Source of the DNA: Clostridiales bacterium
GTDB taxonomy: Bacteria > Bacillota > Clostridia > Christensenellales > CAG-314
Direction: 5' to 3'
NCBI GenBank assembly: GCA_022508325.1
Contig: JAFLVL010000002.1
Span: 1 to 61,947 of the forward strand
DNA: 61,947 bases
Below, in pieces: positions 1 through 8,561 of the stretch (its first letter is position 1; every line of letters starts with the position of its first letter). Position numbers and translations under genes: made by a program. The notes beneath the pieces were generated by a model, which saw nothing but the letters and a program-made list of their open reading frames with translations, searched no databases and was not told where the DNA came from.

Positions 1-94
1 CTTACGAATCGCGTCTCCCCTGCCAATTACGTCGAAGGAAATATTCGGCGTAATTTTGTTTTTATAGAAGTTGATTTTTGATTTAAGCTAGTGC

Positions 95-123
95 TTTACA
101 TATAAATTTGCTTATATTATAAT
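95..123 (+). promoter_or_regulatory. candidate sigma-A promoter TTTACA-N17-TATAAT for the methyltransferase gene
   Basis: Hexamers read at 95-100 and 118-123 with a 17-nt spacer. GAGGA Shine-Dalgarno at 138-142, ATG at 148. Confidence 0.35.
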
Positions 124-147
124 TGATTTAGAAGTTAGAGGATTATC

Positions 148-930
148 ATGACGGATTATTTGAAAGAATTTTATGAAAATTACGATGAGGACGGTAGACT
201 GCGTAGCAAGTCAGGAATTGTTGAGTTTCTCACAACAATGCGCTACATTGACAAATACATTTTTGAAGGCGCGCGTATTATGGAAATTGGCGCAGGTACG
301 GGCAGATACAGCCATGAATTTGCGCAAAGGGGCTACCGTGTTGATGCGGTTGAGTTATTGGAGCACAATATTGAAATTTTCAAACGCAATACGCAAATCA
401 ATGAATCGATAACGATAACTCAGGGTAATGCGTTAGATTTATCAAGATTTAATGATAATACCTACGACATAACGCTGCTATTGGGTCCGATGTATCATTT
501 ATATACCGAAGAAGAACAGTCACAAGCACTGGCGGAGGCAATTCGAGTTACAAAGCGTGGCGGCGTCGTGTTTGTGGCATATTGCGGGAATGACGCTACC
601 ATTTTGGAATTTGGCTTTTTAAAATCTAAAATTTTACAGCCGCCCTATAACGAATTGATTGATTTTACCACTTTCAAAGCATTCTCCACTCCCGAAGAAC
701 TTTTCCAATTATATCGTAGAGAGGACATAGATAGGCTTGTACATAGATTTGACGTCACCCGATTGAATTACGTTGGTAGTGATATGGCAACTCACTATAT
801 GAGAAATTGTATAGAAGAAATGCCTGAAGAGGTCTACAGGATGTATCTTGAATATCACTTTACTATTTGTGAACGACAAGATATGGTGGGTATCTCACAT
901 CATATTTTAGATATTTTACGAAAGAATTAA
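148..930 (+). CDS. class I SAM-dependent methyltransferase
   Basis: 260-aa ORF with SAM-binding motif I 'IMEIGAGTGRYS' followed by the acidic 'VDAVE' motif, typical of the Rossmann-type methyltransferase fold. Confidence 0.8.
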   Translation: MTDYLKEFYENYDEDGRLRSKSGIVEFLTTMRYIDKYIFEGARIMEIGAGTGRYSHEFAQRGYRVDAVELLEHNIEIFKRNTQINESITITQGNALDLSRFNDNTYDITLLLGPMYHLYTEEEQSQALAEAIRVTKRGGVVFVAYCGNDATILEFGFLKSKILQPPYNELIDFTTFKAFSTPEELFQLYRREDIDRLVHRFDVTRLNYVGSDMATHYMRNCIEEMPEEVYRMYLEYHFTICERQDMVGISHHILDILRKN

Positions 931-1020
931 AGGTGATGTAAGACTTGGGCACAGATTTTGAATTAGTATTAGTCACGACTTCTGTGGGATATATGAAGCG
1001 GGTGGTTGTAGTAAAAATCT

Positions 1021-1052
1021 AAGGAAGATACAAAGCAGTATCTTCCTTTTCT
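1021..1052. terminator. bidirectional rho-independent terminator between convergent genes
   Basis: Stem AAGGAAGATAC / GTATCTTCCTT (1021-1031 / 1038-1048), 6-nt loop. A-tract on the left and T-tract on the right. Confidence 0.55.
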
Positions 1053-1088
1053 CTTTTGTACATATATGTATTTGTCTTTAGTAAAATC

Positions 1089-2507
1089 TCAATATTGTTT
1101 GTACAGTAGTTCGTAAATTCCGATAAATACAGGGAAGAGTAGAGCAATTCCAAGCGGAATTAGAATTTGTTTGGAAACAGGTGAGTAATCTGCAAATTCC
1201 ATGTTGCCAAGCGCGCTGAAACCGACTGCCGCCAGAACAATTATCGCGCATATCACCGAGGCAACTATAATTGCAATTCGGAAATTGAATTTAGGTTTGT
1301 CTTTGCGCGTTGGATACAATATGGCGTAAATGGAGAAACCTAATGGAATAACGATTAGCGCCGCAAGAGTAATAAGAAACGCTTTCCAAGGCGACAGAAC
1401 GTCTAAAGGTGTTTCAACTGTGATAGAGGCTAGTGCAAATATACCGAAGTATAGAAATGCGAAAGCGTAGGTGAACCAGGCTGTTTGGCAAAGAACCTTG
1501 GATTGTGGAATAAGTATTTTCGGTTTATATGCTGCAGTTGCGTGATTGTAGATTCGGATTCGAATTCCTTCTCTCGCTAGGCTGTCTGCTACGTCTTCGA
1601 GCGCGGCAGGGTGGTCCTCGTAATAAATCGTTGCAAGATTGTCGGATTCAGTATTGTGACTGGGCATTCCGTCAAGTTGATCACCCAGTACGTTCATCAA
1701 AACATGTTGATAATTCTCTCCTTCGGAGGTCGGTGATGAAGGTGTTTGGCGTTCTGCTTCACGCGCGCGCTGTTCAAATTGTTGCAGGAAGTCCTCGGCC
1801 GAATCCTGATTGACATCAAACTTCGTCTTTGCATCTTCGTGAGGTTCTACAGTAGGAGGCACGGTAGCGACAACAGACGGCTCTTCGGCGTAAGTAGGCG
1901 TGGTGGACTCATCTGAAGGTTCTTGCTCGACAATCTCGATTTCAGGCTCCGAATGTGTCAAAACTTCCGTCTCAACAATGTCTTCGGCAAAGGATGAATC
2001 TTCTTTCGACAAATTTTCTTCTGCCGGAGTGTCATCTCCTGAGAGCTCACGCAATCTGCGCGCTATCTCGTCCTGTTCGTCCAACTGCGAGCGGTATTCA
2101 TTCTTGCGCGTACGGCGTTGAGAACGTCTGCCGAACAATGGTGTGGCTTCGTCCTGCGAAATTTCCACTCCGTCAGCAGTTCCGTCAACAAGATCGCTCA
2201 TGACTCCGCGCTGATATTCCCATTCGGAAATAAACTGTTGGCAGTTGGCACGGCCAATGTTTGTCAGCGAATAGTAACGGCGTCTGCCACCGTTAGAGGT
2301 TTCGCCCCAGTATGACGCAATCAGGTGATCGTCCTCCAAACGCTTGAGGTATGAGTAGAGCGTTGCATTCTTAATTTGGTATCTGTTGCTCGTGCGATTT
2401 TTTATTTCTTTCGCAATTTCATAGCCGTACTTGTCTTCCTTGTACAGCGAGCACAAAATTATTGTTTCAATATTGCCTTTCAAAAAGGTAAAGTCGCCAC
2501 TGCCCAT
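1089..2507 (-). CDS. PadR-family winged-helix regulator fused to a long acidic linker and a C-terminal multi-pass membrane domain
   Basis: N-terminus 'YGYEIAKEI...LYSYLKRLEDDHLI...RRRYYSLT' is PadR-like. The middle roughly 230 aa is an Asp/Glu/Ser/Thr/Pro-rich low-complexity stretch. The C-terminal roughly 130 aa has about 4 hydrophobic helices. The track start at 2525 is TTG; the ATG at 2507 has GGAGG 6 nt upstream. Confidence 0.75.
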   Translation of the reverse strand: MGSGDFTFLKGNIETIILCSLYKEDKYGYEIAKEIKNRTSNRYQIKNATLYSYLKRLEDDHLIASYWGETSNGGRRRYYSLTNIGRANCQQFISEWEYQRGVMSDLVDGTADGVEISQDEATPLFGRRSQRRTRKNEYRSQLDEQDEIARRLRELSGDDTPAEENLSKEDSSFAEDIVETEVLTHSEPEIEIVEQEPSDESTTPTYAEEPSVVATVPPTVEPHEDAKTKFDVNQDSAEDFLQQFEQRAREAERQTPSSPTSEGENYQHVLMNVLGDQLDGMPSHNTESDNLATIYYEDHPAALEDVADSLAREGIRIRIYNHATAAYKPKILIPQSKVLCQTAWFTYAFAFLYFGIFALASITVETPLDVLSPWKAFLITLAALIVIPLGFSIYAILYPTRKDKPKFNFRIAIIVASVICAIIVLAAVGFSALGNMEFADYSPVSKQILIPLGIALLFPVFIGIYELLYKQY

Positions 2508-2527
2508 TGTAGTCCTCCTTTGCAAAT

Positions 2528-2556
2528 ATTGTAGAATATTAGTCTATATTTGTCAA
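2528..2556 (-). promoter_or_regulatory. candidate sigma-A promoter TTGACA-N17-TACAAT for the PadR-fusion gene
   Basis: The reverse complement of 2551-2556 is TTGACA and of 2528-2533 is TACAAT. Spacer is 17 nt. Confidence 0.5.
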
Positions 2557-2672
2557 TATTTTAGAATACTATTACTGACATAATATATAAATTTTCGCAA
2601 TTTTGACATATTATGTTATCAAATACTAAATGATTGCAAATGGTGCCGTAAATAAGGTGATACAAATTCGTT

Positions 2673-3422
2673 ATGAAGGTAGAAGTAACACGCACGTTAA
2701 AAAATATTGTACAGTTGCGTTACGAAGACGGCGTTTTAAAAGTAGTGGCGAATCGCTTTTTGTCTGATAAGCGTTTGAAGCAAATTATTGAGGAAAACGC
2801 CGAATGGATTAGGGCTCGAAAACAAGAGACGAATAAGAGCAAAGATTCAGTTGTCGCATCCAAGGCGAGAGCTGTTTCCGCGCCTCTTAAAAAATCAACG
2901 CTAAAGGCTCCGCGCAATCAAGACGACATCGATATCAAAGACGTGTTTGCAGGACGCAAGACGTTGGTTTTGGGCGACACTGTAAGAGTCTTGGCGACAT
3001 CATCTACTCGAACGGTTTTGGATGAGAATACGCTGTACATTCCTGAAAAATATTATCAGAGTAGAGAGACAAGGGTAAAAGCAATCAAAACATATCTTCG
3101 AAAAATGGCAATGCTTTACGTTTCTACCGAAATTTCAAATTTTGGCAGTCGCATTTCTCTGTGCCCAGCGAAAATAGAATTTCGAGAAATACCCGACGCC
3201 TGGCTGAAGTGCTCGCAAGCTGCGCAACGCATTTTGACTATTGACTACCGAGTCGTGCAGTTGCCACAAAATCTACGTCAGTACGTAATTGCTCACGCGT
3301 TTGCTCATTTCTTTCATCCTATTCATGACGAAAAATTCTGGAAATGTGTTTCCAGCGTTTTGCCACTGTATGAGGACTATTCTCGCCAGCTGGAAAAATA
3401 TAGATACCTTAAAGATGTTTGA
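2673..3422 (+). CDS. YgjP/DUF45-like (M48-type) metallopeptidase homologue with a degenerate zinc motif
   Basis: C-terminal 'HAFAHFFHPIHDEKFW' has the spacing of the family motif H-E-x-x-H-x-x-H-P-x-H-x-x-x-F-W, but the catalytic Glu is Ala. Confidence 0.6.
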   Translation: MKVEVTRTLKNIVQLRYEDGVLKVVANRFLSDKRLKQIIEENAEWIRARKQETNKSKDSVVASKARAVSAPLKKSTLKAPRNQDDIDIKDVFAGRKTLVLGDTVRVLATSSTRTVLDENTLYIPEKYYQSRETRVKAIKTYLRKMAMLYVSTEISNFGSRISLCPAKIEFREIPDAWLKCSQAAQRILTIDYRVVQLPQNLRQYVIAHAFAHFFHPIHDEKFWKCVSSVLPLYEDYSRQLEKYRYLKDV

Positions 3423-3430
3423 TCACAGCT

Positions 3431-3467
3431 AAAATAATAAAATCTCCTACAGTGTCTACTGCAGGAG
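3431..3467 (-). terminator. probable terminator downstream of lexA
   Basis: Hairpin 3444-3452 / 3459-3467 (8 of 9 bp) followed on the minus strand by a U-rich tract (plus-strand A-run 3431-3443). Confidence 0.45.
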
Positions 3468-3496
3468 AATAACGTTATATTCGGTTATTTTTTTTG

Positions 3497-4099
3497 TCAA
3501 AATCTTTTAATACAACCAACTACCTTGCCTAAAATCGTTGGATTCTCGTCCGGAGAGATAATAATGTCTGCCATCTCGCTGTTTTCGGGATGAAGAACCA
3601 GGCTCGGGGTGACGGCGTGCAGGCGCTTTACCGTAGCCTTATCTTGCCATAGAACTACTACAATTTCGTTTATATCGGCGTCACTTTGGGAGTGAACGAT
3701 GACAAAATCGCCATCTGCAATACCTGCCTCAATCATACTGTCGCCTTCTACACGCAACATGAACAAATCCTTGCCCATAAATATGTCTTGAGGTAGTGGG
3801 AATTCTCCCTCAATATTCTCTATTGCAAGTATGCCCGTACCTGCGCTGACATTACCAACAAGTGGAACGTAGTTTGACTGACTTCGAGTTTGTCTGAGAG
3901 AAAATGCTCTCTTTTTGTTGAAATCTTGAGTTATTAGCCCTCTTTCGCGCAACTTTTCCAAATAGTAGTGCACGGTAGACGTCGATTTGATAGAAAATTT
4001 TTCGCCGATTTCTCTCACGGAAGGCGGAAAATTATTGTCGTCAATAAAAGTCTTAATATATTCGTATATTTCCTCTAATCTTTTGTCACCCTTTTTCAT
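3497..4099 (-). CDS. lexA: LexA SOS repressor
   Basis: N-terminal wHTH, Ala-Gly self-cleavage region 'VGNVSAGTG', and the S24 Ser/Lys dyad context ('GDSM', 'VKRL'). Confidence 0.9.
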   Translation of the reverse strand: MKKGDKRLEEIYEYIKTFIDDNNFPPSVREIGEKFSIKSTSTVHYYLEKLRERGLITQDFNKKRAFSLRQTRSQSNYVPLVGNVSAGTGILAIENIEGEFPLPQDIFMGKDLFMLRVEGDSMIEAGIADGDFVIVHSQSDADINEIVVVLWQDKATVKRLHAVTPSLVLHPENSEMADIIISPDENPTILGKVVGCIKRF

Positions 4100-4105
4100 G
4101 GCTAT

Positions 4106-4134
4106 ATTCTAACATACTATTTCTCAAAAATCAA
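4106..4134 (-). promoter_or_regulatory. candidate promoter TTGATT-N17-TAGAAT placed 6 nt before the lexA ATG (leaderless geometry)
   Basis: The reverse complement of 4129-4134 is TTGATT and of 4106-4111 is TAGAAT. Only ATAGCC separates the -10 from the ATG at 4099, and there is no Shine-Dalgarno. Confidence 0.45.
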
Positions 4135-4250
4135 TAGAAAAACAAAACTTTTGTTCTAAATTATTGCAATTTCGTTCAGTTTTTAGTAAATGTATTCCGG
4201 AAAATGACGTTTTGTAGAATACTATGTTAGGCATAGTTATATTTAGACAG

Positions 4251-5501
4251 TTAAAAAACTATATATTTAGCAATCAAATCGATGTATTTTTTACTTATGA
4301 CAACCTTGATTTCTGTGTATTCGTCAAGATATTCAACGCTTTGGCATTGCGCGTCAAATTTGTGAAGCAAAGATAACATGCGAGCGCTTTCTGCAAGCGG
4401 TACGCGGATTTTGACGGTAGAGTAATGAGTGGCAACGTGCCTTTTGATATTCTCCATCAAAATGTCAATGTTTTTGCCGTCCAATGACGAGATAAATACT
4501 GACGAGACTGGCGTGTCGGAAGCGAGCGTTATTGATGAGTTAGTGCTTAATTTGTCGCATTTGTTGTAGACGCGTATTATTTGCGCAGTTGCCCCTAGTT
4601 CGCTCAAAGTTGCCTCTGTAGTGGCGATGTGGTCAGCAACGTTCTCGTCCGAAGCGTCGCAAACGTTCAAAAGTAAATCTGCGCGTGTTGCCTCTTCAAG
4701 GGTAGACTTGAAGGCGTTTATCAGAGTATGAGGTAGATCTTTGATGAATCCGACCGTATCGCAAAGCAGAATTTCAATTCCATTGTCAAGAGTGGTTTTC
4801 CGTACGGTTGTGTCAAGTGTTGCGAACAGTTTGTCATCTGCGTACACGTCGGATTGTGTCAATCTATTGAACAAGGTTGACTTACCTGCGTTTGTGTAGC
4901 CGACAAGTGCCACCGTAAAAATTCCGTTTTCTCGGCGCTTTTTGCGCGTGAGATTGCGGTGCGATTCTATTTCTTTCAGCTCAAGCTTCAAGCGGTGGAT
5001 TCTGTCGCGAGCAAGGCGTTTATTTGTTTCCAGCTTTGTTTCTCCTGGGCCGCGCGTGCCGATACCTGCGCCTTGACGCGAGAAATCGCCTTCAGGTTTT
5101 GTTGCCAAATTGTACGTTAATTGCGCAAGTTCGACTTGTTTTTTACCCTCGGCAGATGTTGCTCGCATTGCGAAAATGTCCAAAATCAAGTCGATTCTGT
5201 CGATGACATCGCAATCCAATGTTTTTGTCAAAAATGCGCGCTGTGTGGCGTTGAGATTGCAGGAAAATATTACGACGTCAATGTCACAATCCAGCATCTC
5301 AATAGTGCGCTTCAATTCGTCGAGTTTGCCTTTACCGAGCACTGTAGTGGGATCAATAGAGTCGCGTTTTTGCGTGCAGTAGAGCTTGATTTCACCTTGC
5401 GCGGTATTTATCAACTCTTTTATTTCATATAAATCCTGTTCCGACTTGGCGTTTGGCAGTTCCACGTATACCAACGCCACATTTTCTACTTTAACTTTCA
5501 A
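4251..5501 (-). CDS. hflX: GTPase HflX
   Basis: HflX N-domain ('GKGKLDEL'), G1 'GYTNAGKST', G3 'DTVGF', G4 'NKCD'. TTG start 1 nt after the upstream stop, with an AAGGA Shine-Dalgarno. Confidence 0.85.
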   Translation of the reverse strand: MKVKVENVALVYVELPNAKSEQDLYEIKELINTAQGEIKLYCTQKRDSIDPTTVLGKGKLDELKRTIEMLDCDIDVVIFSCNLNATQRAFLTKTLDCDVIDRIDLILDIFAMRATSAEGKKQVELAQLTYNLATKPEGDFSRQGAGIGTRGPGETKLETNKRLARDRIHRLKLELKEIESHRNLTRKKRRENGIFTVALVGYTNAGKSTLFNRLTQSDVYADDKLFATLDTTVRKTTLDNGIEILLCDTVGFIKDLPHTLINAFKSTLEEATRADLLLNVCDASDENVADHIATTEATLSELGATAQIIRVYNKCDKLSTNSSITLASDTPVSSVFISSLDGKNIDILMENIKRHVATHYSTVKIRVPLAESARMLSLLHKFDAQCQSVEYLDEYTEIKVVISKKYIDLIAKYIVF

Positions 5502-5502
5502 A

Positions 5503-6570
5503 TTATTCGTCCTTATTGTCGGGTGCGCCGCGCAAACTCACCTTAGTCGATGCGCTACGGCGTATGTCCTCTGTGATAGCGGCGTAATGCCGTTTGGTAG
5601 TGTTGACGTCCTTATGCCCCAAAACATCGGCAACGACGTAAATATCGCCGGTATTTCGGTATAGTTGTGTGCCGAAAGTGGAGCGCAGCTTGTGCGGGGT
5701 TATGTGTTTGAGAGGTGTAGCCACCGCGCTATATTTTTTGATTATATTTTCCACGGCGCGAGTCGTTATGCGTCGTTTCTGTAACGATAGGAAGAGCGCA
5801 GGCTCGTTTTTTAACGTTTCATCGGCTTTTCTTATGCAATAGTAGTCGTAGAGATAGCCGGCGACCTCCTCTGAAAAGTACAAAATTACGCGCGCGCCGC
5901 CTTTTCGAGTGACCACAAAACTCAAATCATCAAAATTGATATCGTCAAGGTCCAGTCCGACCAGCTCGCTGACACGAATTCCGGTGCCTAAAAACAAGCT
6001 TACCATTGCCAAATCGCGCACGCGGGTATTCTCTTGATATTTCTGCTGTCTGTCGGACAATCCCATTCCAGTGTCAACGACGTCAAGCATCGTCTCTATT
6101 TCGTCTCCGTCAAGGCGTATAATTTCCTTTTCGCGCAGCTTAGGCGTGTCAACGGAAGCGGTGGGATTGTATCGAATCAGCTGCTTTTTTTCGAAATACC
6201 TTATCATAGATCGAATTGCCGCCAATTTGCGGCTTTTTCCACGCGCGCCGTTCTTGACAATATTGCCATCCTTATCTCTGTAGATCTCTACGTAGCTGAG
6301 GTACGCCTCGATTTCGAAGGGCGAGAGGGATTCTATGTCCGCAGGTGTAATTTCCTTGACCGATTTTCTCTTAAAACGTGTGATTTTTGCGCTTATGTAG
6401 CGGAAAAAAGTGCGTATATCATAAGCGTAATTAAGGCGAGTAAGGGTGGTGGTGTTTGAAGAAATACCCACAAAGTATTCGCGACAGAAATCAGGCAAAT
6501 CCTCATCTAATATTCTGTCTAATTTCTCGATATTTTCTGCATCTCTATTGTTAAAATATGTTTTACTCAT
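5503..6570 (-). CDS. tyrosine recombinase, XerC/XerD family
   Basis: C-terminal catalytic signature 'TPHKLRSTFGT...LGHKDVNTTKRHY'. The track start at 6600 is TTG; the ATG at 6570 (MSKTYF...) is preferred. Confidence 0.8.
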   Translation of the reverse strand: MSKTYFNNRDAENIEKLDRILDEDLPDFCREYFVGISSNTTTLTRLNYAYDIRTFFRYISAKITRFKRKSVKEITPADIESLSPFEIEAYLSYVEIYRDKDGNIVKNGARGKSRKLAAIRSMIRYFEKKQLIRYNPTASVDTPKLREKEIIRLDGDEIETMLDVVDTGMGLSDRQQKYQENTRVRDLAMVSLFLGTGIRVSELVGLDLDDINFDDLSFVVTRKGGARVILYFSEEVAGYLYDYYCIRKADETLKNEPALFLSLQKRRITTRAVENIIKKYSAVATPLKHITPHKLRSTFGTQLYRNTGDIYVVADVLGHKDVNTTKRHYAAITEDIRRSASTKVSLRGAPDNKDE

Positions 6571-6576
6571 GCTTAT

Positions 6577-6605
6577 ATTGTAACGCAAAACTATTCGCAA
6601 AGCAA
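6577..6605 (-). promoter_or_regulatory. candidate promoter TTGCTT-N17-TACAAT placed 6 nt before the recombinase ATG (leaderless geometry)
   Basis: The reverse complement of 6600-6605 is TTGCTT and of 6577-6582 is TACAAT. ATAAGC follows, then the ATG at 6570, with no Shine-Dalgarno. Confidence 0.4.
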
Positions 6606-6629
6606 TAATAATTTTGTGTTTTGCGAATA
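6592..6629. repeat. inverted repeat TATTCGCAAA-N18-TTTGCGAATA overlapping the recombinase -35
   Basis: 10-bp arms at 6592-6601 and 6620-6629. The same 10-mer forms the arms of the 6894-6929 hairpin. Confidence 0.5.
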
Positions 6630-6893
6630 ATTTTTATTAAGTAATTGATATTGATAAACTCGGATGTAGTGGCCATCACAGAAAATTTAGAATAAAAAAG
6701 CAGAAGGAAAGAACAAGTCATAAATGGCTTGGGCACTCACGCAATTATACTTGCATTATACAGTTAGAAAGAATAAATTTTTTACCTAGGGTGGTGCGCT
6801 GCTATCGCTAATCACTCGTCAGTATGTTGACTAGGCAGTATGTGTCAATAATGGAATTTTCTTGGTGTGGTAACATCGCCACACACTAATATG

Positions 6894-6929
6894 TATCTAT
6901 TCGCAAAAGGCAGCTTTTGCGAATAGATA
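6894..6929. repeat. perfect 16-bp-stem palindrome TATCTATTCGCAAAAG-GCAG-CTTTTGCGAATAGATA
   Basis: Read directly. The arms contain the same TATTCGCAAA 10-mer as 6592-6629. Confidence 0.6.
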
Positions 6930-7185
6930 GTGGTAAAAATCGGGTTTTTTGAAAGCGGTACGTTATCAAATCCCTTTGGGGTTATTAAACAAGGACAAAT
7001 ATCAGGAGTTTGCAAAGAAATCTTTGTTTTCTTCGGCATTCAACGATGAGATTACAACGATTAAAATTGAATTAAAATTGAAGTCGTTTTTTTGGGGTAT
7101 TATGACGATGTCTGGTTTAAAGCACAAAACTTAAAGTATAAAATTGAGACTTTCAGAGAAAATTAGTTTTGTCTTTTTCGTAATA

Positions 7186-7215
7186 AAAAGCTCGTATTAA
7201 CAAATACGAGCTTTT
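7186..7215. terminator. bidirectional rho-independent terminator downstream of the ynbB-like gene
   Basis: Stem AAAAGCTCGTAT / ATACGAGCTTTT with loop TAACAA, 26 nt beyond the stop at 7241. Confidence 0.6.
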
Positions 7216-7240
7216 AAAGCATCTGCAGTTTGATTCAATA

Positions 7241-8455
7241 TTACTGAATCATTTTCAAAACTTTGTCGAGGGCTAATATACCGTGCTCGAGCGTTAGTCC
7301 GCCTTGCAAATAAACTGTGTACGGTGGTCTGATTGGACCATCACAGCTCAGTTCAATCGAAGCTCCTTGAACAAAACACCCTGCTGCCATGATAACTTTG
7401 TCAGCGTAGCCAGGTTGCTCCCACGGTTCGGGAACGACGAAGCCATCAACAGGCGAAACAGACTGTATTGCTTGACAAAAAGCAATTGCTTTGTCGGGAT
7501 CATTGAGCTTTATCGAACAGACGATGTCGCCCAGATGCTCGCCGACTTTTGGAGAAACCTCGTAGCCTGCATCGGTCAATGCTGAAGAAAACAAAATAGC
7601 CGTTTTTAACGCCTGATTGACGACATGTGGCGCCAAAAACAGTCCTTGATAAAACAATCTATAGCCTGGTTGATACGATCCTACTTCGGCTCCAATTGAA
7701 GGCGAGGTCAATCTGCCGACAATTAATTCAATCAGCGCGCTTTTTCCAACTACGTAGCCCCCTGTGGGCGCAATGCCACCACCTATATTTTTGATGAAAG
7801 AACCAGCGCAGATGTCAACGCCGACCTGCGTTGGCTCGCGCTCTTCCACAAATTCTCCGTAGCAATTATCGCAGAATATGATAGCGTTTGGAACTGATTT
7901 TTTCACGAAGGTGCACAATTCTTCAATCTGTTTGATGCTTAAAGCCGGTCGCCAGTCGTAACCGCGCGATCGTTGCAAATATATCATCTTGACTTTATTG
8001 CAAGATAGGTATTCGGCAATTTTCGCGTAATCAAACGAGCCGTCACCTTTTAAATCAATCGTCTCAAAGGCAATACCGAAGTCCTTCAAACTGCCCACAC
8101 CCACTTTATAAATAGTGTCTTGAAGTGTGTCGTAGGGTTGTCCTGTAACAGACAATACCATGTCTCCCGGACGCAATACGCCAAATAATGCCAGTGAAAT
8201 TGCATGAGTGCCTGAGGCTATTGATGGACTGACTATTGCGTCTTCTGTATTAAAAATTGAAGCCAGAACCTTGCGCAAGGTGTCTCTGCCTGTATCGTCT
8301 GAGCCGTACCCTGTCGTCCCGTTGAAATGACGCAATGCGACGGCGTTGGATTTGAAAGCTTCAATAACCTTTTCTTGATTTCTCAGAGCTATTTTATCAA
8401 GCGTTTCGAATATTGCTTTTGTATTTTTTAGTGCTTTTTCTACTCTTTTATCCAT
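7241..8455 (-). CDS. PLP-dependent YnbB-like protein (methionine gamma-lyase / aluminium-resistance family)
   Basis: Full-length similarity (from memory) to the B. subtilis YnbB family, in a similar hflX/miaA-mutSL neighbourhood to Bacillus. The ATG at 8455 (GAAGGA Shine-Dalgarno) is preferred over the TTG at 8542. Confidence 0.7.
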   Translation of the reverse strand: MDKRVEKALKNTKAIFETLDKIALRNQEKVIEAFKSNAVALRHFNGTTGYGSDDTGRDTLRKVLASIFNTEDAIVSPSIASGTHAISLALFGVLRPGDMVLSVTGQPYDTLQDTIYKVGVGSLKDFGIAFETIDLKGDGSFDYAKIAEYLSCNKVKMIYLQRSRGYDWRPALSIKQIEELCTFVKKSVPNAIIFCDNCYGEFVEEREPTQVGVDICAGSFIKNIGGGIAPTGGYVVGKSALIELIVGRLTSPSIGAEVGSYQPGYRLFYQGLFLAPHVVNQALKTAILFSSALTDAGYEVSPKVGEHLGDIVCSIKLNDPDKAIAFCQAIQSVSPVDGFVVPEPWEQPGYADKVIMAAGCFVQGASIELSCDGPIRPPYTVYLQGGLTLEHGILALDKVLKMIQ

Positions 8456-8561
8456 AATTTCCTTCAAATTTGCAATACTATGTCTGTAATAGTATTCTGT
8501 ATACTTCTTGTATATTTGCAATACTTGCGCGGTTGCGTACAATGTTGGGATTGTTTTAGAG

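Noticed and set aside
4145-4156. AAAC-TTTT-GTTC upstream of lexA was considered as a LexA (Cheo-type GAAC-N4-GTTC) operator.
   Set aside because: One half-site is imperfect. The site lies upstream of the proposed -35 rather than over the promoter, and the more obvious local symmetry (AACAAAA-C-TTTTGTT) has the wrong spacing. It is too weak to call as a feature.
6845-7134. Two overlapping small ORFs (64 aa on the minus strand, 61 aa on the plus strand) lie in the ynbB-recombinase gap.
   Set aside because: They have no Shine-Dalgarno and no recognisable domain, they overlap each other on opposite strands, and one runs through the 16-bp palindrome. I treated the region as non-coding.
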